DNA of 64,000 nucleotides from a virus, in the IMG/VR virus record IMGVR_UViG_3300021962_000073, positions 1-64,000 of that record; one strand, written 5' to 3'. Made by a program: the position numbers and the translations under genes. The notes under the pieces are model-generated. The model saw only the letters and a program-made list of their open reading frames with translations, was not told the DNA's origin and ran no database searches. Within the stretch, counting starts at the first letter, position 1; every line of letters begins with the position of its first letter. Below, in pieces: positions 57,793-64,000 of this stretch.

Positions 57793-60700
57793 ATGACAAC
57801 TCTTTTCAATTACGACCCATACTATGATGACTTTGATGAAAATAAAAACTTTTTGAGAGTTTTATTTCGACCAGGTTATTCTGTTCAGGCCAGAGAATTA
57901 ACGCAGCTTCAATCAATTCTAGCTAATCAAATTGAAAAGTTTGGCAATCATATTTTCAAAAACGGAAGCCCGATTATTGGTGGAAAAATTTCTTTAGATA
58001 GAAAAGCTAATTATATTGTTTTAGAAACTCAATACAACGGTGTTGATATAACACCAACCCAATTTTTGGATAAAACAATTGTTTCTTTTGGTGGATCAAA
58101 ATCTGTTGTTGCCAAAGTTATTGATATAGACACTTCAGGGGCAAATCCTGTTCTAATTTTAAAATATTTGAGTGGAGATCGTTTTGCTGAAAGCGAATCT
58201 CTTCGCATTCGTGGTCAAGACATTTTTGCTACTTTAAAAAGCACCTCTGCTACTGGTGGATCCTTCGTTGCAAGTATCCAAGAGGGAGTTTATTATTTTA
58301 AAGGGCAATTTGTAAAAGTTACTCCTCAATTTTTAGTTGTTGAAACTTATTATCGATTAGGTAATAGTTCTACGATTAATGCTAAACCGTCTTATAAAAT
58401 TGGTGTTGAGTTTGAAGAAAATGTTGTTGATGAAATTGATGATGTTTCTCTTTTAGACCCAGCTCAAGGAGCATTTAATTATCAGGCTCCAGGAGCCAAT
58501 AGATTTCAGATCGTTACAAGACTTTCAAAAAGAACTATTGATTCTTCCGATATATCAACCTTTTTTGAGGTTATTCGTCTAGTTGATGATGTTAAAACGA
58601 AAGAAATAGAATACCCAGTTTATAGTGAAATAGAAAAAACATTGGCGAGAAGAACTTATGATGAATCAGGAAATTATACTGTTGATCCTTTTGTGATTTC
58701 TATTGAAGAAGGTGATGAAGCTAATGGAAAATTTAGTGTTGTTCTGGATCCAGGAAAAGCATATGTATCGGGGTATGAATTTCAGACAATAGCTCCAACA
58801 ACATTAACGATGGACAGAGGTAGATCAGTAGCAAATGCTGCCAATTATGATCTACCTACCAACTATGAAAGTTCAGTCGTTTTAGATACTGTATTCGGTA
58901 CTTTAGATATTACAACATACCCCTCTTTAGATATTCATTGTGTAACGCAAGACAAAATTAATAATACATCTCAAAATGATTATAATGAAACTAAAATAGG
59001 AACTTTAAATGTATCAATGTTGCGTTATAATGATTCAACAGATAGAACATTAGGAAATACACACTCATTAACGGTAAATGTTTTTAATGCAAATACTATT
59101 CCATTAATAGGCACACTACCTGCTTCAGGCTCTTCCGCAACTACTATAGCTTTACCAATAACGTTAACGCCAAATGTAGTTAATGCGTATGCTAACATGT
59201 ATTTTCAAATTTCCGATGGTTTAGGAACAGTTGTATCGCCGATATTAATTACGAGTTCTAATGCATCAACAATTAATCTTTCATCTGCATTACCTTTTAT
59301 TCCTGCATCGAATACGGTTCAAATTAAAACTGACTTTAAATCTGCAAGATCGCTTGTAGCGAATAGCGGATCTGGTGTAACCTTTGCAGGCAATATAAAC
59401 TCAGATTCTATAGTTCCGAGTACAGGATTTGCCTTCATTTCTGAGCCTCAAAGAACTAGCAGAATATTTGAAGTACCTTTTGCGGCAATCAAAGCAGGAT
59501 CAATTTCTGATATGAGTTTTTTTGCGAGAAAGTCTTATTTGAATAAAACATCGGATGCTGGTGGAAAAATTGGTATTACCGCCGAAGGAACAGATACCTT
59601 CACATTTTCTCCAGGAAGCGGAACAATTTCTGATAGTTTGATTACGGAAAACATTTTGTGTTTTATTAGAACTGATTCTGTTGCAAATACACAATATGGA
59701 ATATACCCAGGAAAAATATTAGGTCTCGCAAACAATCTCTTCACTGTTACATCTGTTTCAACTACCAGTTTCGATATTAATGTTGTTGTGCCTGGCGTTA
59801 AAGTGGACCTGTTTATTACCTCTAAAGTAAACAACGCTAATAATTCTACAACAGGTGCAATTAGAGGAAAACAATTAATACCTCTTACGAGTGGCGCTAA
59901 TCTTCATGCGAAAGTTCCTTTCGAAATGGGAGGGGCTAATACACTTGATGATGCAAATACAGTAACTAATACATCATTTACTGGCGGTATAGTTTTCCAA
60001 GACATTGGAGCAACAAACTTTACCGATACTTCTATTCTTACGGATTTAAGAACACCAGGAAAAGTTGTAAGTTTGCAGGTTCCCGATATTATTGAAATTG
60101 TTAGAATTACTGATTCACAAAATGTCCAGGCCAATGTTACTACTTCGATGTTAACGAATGATTCTTATAATATAACAAATAATTATGAATTTGATACAGG
60201 GCAAAAAAAGACACATTATGACCATGCTACTATTAAATTAAAAAGAGGCGTATCTCCTCCAAGAGGTAGAGTTTTTGTTCAATACAAATATTTAAAACAT
60301 CAGTCCGCACCAAGCCCCCAAAATGATGGTTTGTTTACTGTCGATTCTTATTTGAAAACAGGTTCAAATTTCACTTATGATCAGATATTTTATTTTAATA
60401 ATACTGAAGATGCGAAGATTGTTCCTTTAAGATCAGCCTTTGATTTCAGACCTACGAGAGCAATTGGTGGAACATCTTTGTCTGGTGCGGTAAATCCCGA
60501 GCCATTAGAAAATATTTCAATGGATTTTGATTATTTCCTTGGAAGAATCGATCAGATCGTAATTAAGCCATCTAGAGAATTTGCGGTTGCTCAAGGGAAG
60601 TCTGCCGTAAATCCAATACCTGCAACGGTCGGTATTGATGACATGATTCTTTATACTGTTTATATTCCTCCATATACGGATACTGTGGAGTTAATTCGCG

Positions 60701-63700
60701 CAGACTTTAAGAATCATCGTAGATATACGATGAGAGATATCGACAGAATTGAAAACAGACTGAGACAACTGGAATATTATGTTTCATTGAATGCTTTAGA
60801 AAAAGACACACTATCACTAAAAGTTTTGGATGCAAATGGTCTTGAGCGTTCAAAGTATGGTATTTTTGTCGATAATTTTACAACAAAAGATTTACAAGCA
60901 ACGAGAGAAGAAGTTGGTTTTGATAATCGCAATTTAGTTGAAAACGGCGAATTAAAACCTGCCTCTTTAATGAGAACAGTTAAACTTTTATCGAATACTT
61001 CTCTTACAACTGGATCAACAAAGTTTAATGGAGTTGGTGATAAGAAAGTTTTAACTTTAAATTATACTACAGCGGAATTGGCAAGACAACAATTTGCAAC
61101 TAAATCTGTTGTTGTTGCGAATGCCCTTTTTGCTAACTTTAAAGGAAAAGTTTCTTTATTTCCTGAGTTTGAAGGAAATGTCGATACAAGTACAACTGCT
61201 AGAGTTACACTAAATTCAACACAGGGTATAAACCAAGCATTCAATGCAATTAATAGTTTGATTCAATATCAAGCATTAAATGATACTGACTGGCTAACAG
61301 ATAGAAATAATCCTTTTGCTCAAATATCAAGTCAAGATTGGTTTCAGCAAAGAGTCGCAGTTTCGACAACAGAAACGCAAATAACTGATTTTAATAATGG
61401 TGTTGTGATTAATGGAAGAAGATCGGGTATATGGGAAAGTGCCACTACAACTTCAATTAATAATGTTATTGCTGCTGGAACACAAATATCTGGACAACAA
61501 TTTTCAACATCAGCATCACAAGTAGATGTTGGATCGTTTGTTAGCGATTTGGCTATTCAGCCTTATATGAAGCAAACTGGCATATTTTTCTCAGCACAAC
61601 AGTTAAGACCAAATACGACATTTTATCATTTCTTTGATGATAAAAATGTCGAGGATAGCATTTATTTAGGTAATGAAGTTTTATTGACTACAACTACCGG
61701 TGGTCCAGCTTTCAATTTACCTAAATTTATACCTGGCGAAAAAATAATCATTTATGACAACGCCGGAACATTAAACCATAAACTCGCTTCATATAGAGCT
61801 AATCCAGGAAATACAGGAATCGGCTGGGCAGCGGCTGGTTTTAGTGATTCTTCATCGAATACTGCAACAATATTTACTCAGTATGATATGAATGGTCTTA
61901 GTTTATATGGCGTCGAATCTGGTCGCGCTTTCACAGTAACATCAGTTAATCACCGAGCTGGTTATGGTCTTGTAGTAGGAAATACAATTGTTCTTGGAGA
62001 CTCCACTTCTGGAATATATGGAGGAACAACAAGAGATTCATCGAGTGTGAATAACTATTATAATGCAAATACAATTAATATTTTGATGAGAGAGACTTCA
62101 GATCCGAATACTTGGGTCAATGAACAGTTTACTATTACTGCTTATAATGGATCCACTAGAACTGCAACTTTAAGTGGTACACCAAATAAAACAGGTAAGT
62201 TTCTGTATAGCATTGGAAAAAATAAAACGGATCGTTTCGGTCGTTTAAATGGTTATTTCTTTATGAGACCGGGAACATTCCGTTCTGGACAGAGAAATTT
62301 TAGGGTTACAGAATCTTTCAACAATACTTATGATGCAGATTCGATATCATTTGCAGATACCATATATACATCTACAGGATTAACTGTAAGAAAAACTACT
62401 TTAGTTGATACTGTATTAAATGTCGGTATTGAAAATAGAATTCTTGGACAGTTAACGAGTGATAGAGTTCTTTCTACAACGTCGAGAACAGAAGTCGGTG
62501 AATTTGCAGTAGATCCTTTAGCACAAACTTTCTTTGTTGATGAAGCCGTTTATCCTAATGGGTTATTTTTAGATAGCGTTGACCTCTTCTTCAGAGCCAA
62601 AGATGATGAAAATCTTCCTGTATCTGTTCAAATAAGGCCTACCGTAAACGGATCACCAAGTTCAGACTTTTGGTATCCCGAATCGGTATCTGTTTTATAC
62701 CCATCAGACGTTAAAACTTCAGAGACACCTTCTCTAGGCGTTTCTTCGACTGCAACAAACTTTAAATTTTATTCGCCAGTTTATCTAAAACCTGGATTAT
62801 ATGCTCTAGTTATAATTACAGATTCTCCAGATTACTCTGTTTGGGTCGCTGAAAAAGGATCAACAACTAGAAATAATGAATATGTTGCATCTCAGCCATA
62901 TATGGGAACTCTGTATAAATCTCAAAATACAATGGAATACGTTCCATTTATTAATGAAGATTTGATGTTTAGAATTAATAGATGTTCATTCTCAACATCA
63001 TCTACAGCAACTTATGTTTTTGATACAGAAAAGCCAGGAACAAATATACCAAATCTTCTAACGGATCCTGGACTTTCATTCAATGTTGATAGATTGCGTT
63101 TGTTGACCAATGAAATAACTAATTTTACCAATGATGTCGCACTTACAAACTATTCGATAATTACAACATTAGCCAATGGATTAAAAGAAACCGAATATGA
63201 AGAAATTTCTCCGCATGAAGTTTATGAATACGGACAATCTCAAAAGTATTCTGTGGGTAATAGAAGAAGAAAACTTACAAGTCATGGCGATTTCAAGGTA
63301 AAATTAATATTATCTACAACGACGGATCATGTTTCTCCTGTCGTTTCTTTACAACATTTATATTTGAATGTTTGGGAAAATTTTATTGACAATGCAAAAA
63401 TAAGTTCTGAAGATTTTACCATAATTGATCAGGGTCGGGGATATACTAATGCTAATAGTGTAATTGTCGTTAGCTCAAGTGGAACCTCTGCTAATGTAGA
63501 GACCAAAGTTGATGTAAATGGAAATGTTCTTTCTATATACGTTGATTCTGGTGGTTCTGGTTATACAGATGATTTTACAATATTATACCCAGTTGTCGGA
63601 AATTCAGACACAGTTTCATCAAATGCAAGTATTGTCATTAACAGCGAATTTGATGAATCTGGTGGACCTTGCGATGCTAGGTACATAACAAAACCAATTG

Positions 63701-64000
63701 TTTTAGCTGATGGTTTTGATGCTGGCGATCTGCGTGTTTATCTTTCTGCAAACAAACCACAAGGAACAGAAGTTCACATATATTATAAATTATTAAGTCA
63801 ATTTGATTCTACAACATTTAAAGATAGACCATATCAAAAAATGACTTTAATTAATCCAAGTCCAGTTCCTTCAAAATCGCCAACTGAGTTTACTGAATTT
63901 GAATATAGACCATCGATCACAGACAATTATGTGACTTACACATCCATTTCGGGTGTTACATATGATACGTTTAAGACATTTTCAATTAAAATTGTATTGA
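57793..64000 (+). CDS. large virion structural protein (VrlC/DUF4815-like), runs off window end
   Basis: GAGG RBS; MTTLFNYDPYYDDFDENKNFLRVLFRPGYSVQARELTQLQS; later DPLAQTFFV motif; absent from ORF track because unterminated. Confidence 0.8.
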   Translation, partial: MTTLFNYDPYYDDFDENKNFLRVLFRPGYSVQARELTQLQSILANQIEKFGNHIFKNGSPIIGGKISLDRKANYIVLETQYNGVDITPTQFLDKTIVSFGGSKSVVAKVIDIDTSGANPVLILKYLSGDRFAESESLRIRGQDIFATLKSTSATGGSFVASIQEGVYYFKGQFVKVTPQFLVVETYYRLGNSSTINAKPSYKIGVEFEENVVDEIDDVSLLDPAQGAFNYQAPGANRFQIVTRLSKRTIDSSDISTFFEVIRLVDDVKTKEIEYPVYSEIEKTLARRTYDESGNYTVDPFVISIEEGDEANGKFSVVLDPGKAYVSGYEFQTIAPTTLTMDRGRSVANAANYDLPTNYESSVVLDTVFGTLDITTYPSLDIHCVTQDKINNTSQNDYNETKIGTLNVSMLRYNDSTDRTLGNTHSLTVNVFNANTIPLIGTLPASGSSATTIALPITLTPNVVNAYANMYFQISDGLGTVVSPILITSSNASTINLSSALPFIPASNTVQIKTDFKSARSLVANSGSGVTFAGNINSDSIVPSTGFAFISEPQRTSRIFEVPFAAIKAGSISDMSFFARKSYLNKTSDAGGKIGITAEGTDTFTFSPGSGTISDSLITENILCFIRTDSVANTQYGIYPGKILGLANNLFTVTSVSTTSFDINVVVPGVKVDLFITSKVNNANNSTTGAIRGKQLIPLTSGANLHAKVPFEMGGANTLDDANTVTNTSFTGGIVFQDIGATNFTDTSILTDLRTPGKVVSLQVPDIIEIVRITDSQNVQANVTTSMLTNDSYNITNNYEFDTGQKKTHYDHATIKLKRGVSPPRGRVFVQYKYLKHQSAPSPQNDGLFTVDSYLKTGSNFTYDQIFYFNNTEDAKIVPLRSAFDFRPTRAIGGTSLSGAVNPEPLENISMDFDYFLGRIDQIVIKPSREFAVAQGKSAVNPIPATVGIDDMILYTVYIPPYTDTVELIRADFKNHRRYTMRDIDRIENRLRQLEYYVSLNALEKDTLSLKVLDANGLERSKYGIFVDNFTTKDLQATREEVGFDNRNLVENGELKPASLMRTVKLLSNTSLTTGSTKFNGVGDKKVLTLNYTTAELARQQFATKSVVVANALFANFKGKVSLFPEFEGNVDTSTTARVTLNSTQGINQAFNAINSLIQYQALNDTDWLTDRNNPFAQISSQDWFQQRVAVSTTETQITDFNNGVVINGRRSGIWESATTTSINNVIAAGTQISGQQFSTSASQVDVGSFVSDLAIQPYMKQTGIFFSAQQLRPNTTFYHFFDDKNVEDSIYLGNEVLLTTTTGGPAFNLPKFIPGEKIIIYDNAGTLNHKLASYRANPGNTGIGWAAAGFSDSSSNTATIFTQYDMNGLSLYGVESGRAFTVTSVNHRAGYGLVVGNTIVLGDSTSGIYGGTTRDSSSVNNYYNANTINILMRETSDPNTWVNEQFTITAYNGSTRTATLSGTPNKTGKFLYSIGKNKTDRFGRLNGYFFMRPGTFRSGQRNFRVTESFNNTYDADSISFADTIYTSTGLTVRKTTLVDTVLNVGIENRILGQLTSDRVLSTTSRTEVGEFAVDPLAQTFFVDEAVYPNGLFLDSVDLFFRAKDDENLPVSVQIRPTVNGSPSSDFWYPESVSVLYPSDVKTSETPSLGVSSTATNFKFYSPVYLKPGLYALVIITDSPDYSVWVAEKGSTTRNNEYVASQPYMGTLYKSQNTMEYVPFINEDLMFRINRCSFSTSSTATYVFDTEKPGTNIPNLLTDPGLSFNVDRLRLLTNEITNFTNDVALTNYSIITTLANGLKETEYEEISPHEVYEYGQSQKYSVGNRRRKLTSHGDFKVKLILSTTTDHVSPVVSLQHLYLNVWENFIDNAKISSEDFTIIDQGRGYTNANSVIVVSSSGTSANVETKVDVNGNVLSIYVDSGGSGYTDDFTILYPVVGNSDTVSSNASIVINSEFDESGGPCDARYITKPIVLADGFDAGDLRVYLSANKPQGTEVHIYYKLLSQFDSTTFKDRPYQKMTLINPSPVPSKSPTEFTEFEYRPSITDNYVTYTSISGVTYDTFKTFSIKIVL

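Overview
AT-rich segment of a large T4-like (myovirus) phage genome; the host is inferred to be betaproteobacterial. All product calls come from motif recognition and gene order, not database searches. 1-16 kb: early region of many small hypothetical genes plus DexA-like, denA-like GIY-YIG and HNH nucleases, driven by sigma70 promoters that share an upstream palindrome TGTTG-N8-CAACA. 16.1-20.9 kb: array of 25 tRNA/tRNA-like genes with several unexplained structured RNAs and three protein genes. 21-25 kb: minus-strand operon of secreted/membrane proteins. 25-40 kb: rnh, GT2, galE, ClpP-like, phoH, a circularly permuted tmRNA, dsbA, gp33, gp59, gp32. 40-64 kb: tail/baseplate module (gp26/51, 54, 2, 4, 48, 53, split gp5, 25, 6, 7, 8, VrlC-like). 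Top candidate novel system: a leaderless 38-codon leader peptide containing all 20 amino acids that overlaps an antiterminator/terminator switch and a boxA in front of the tRNA array. It looks like a general translation-stress attenuator controlling phage tRNA supply. Other strong observations: a covarying ~120-nt ncRNA present both in the tRNA array and inside the tmRNA intervening segment, and a probable -1 frameshift fusing gp26 to gp51.
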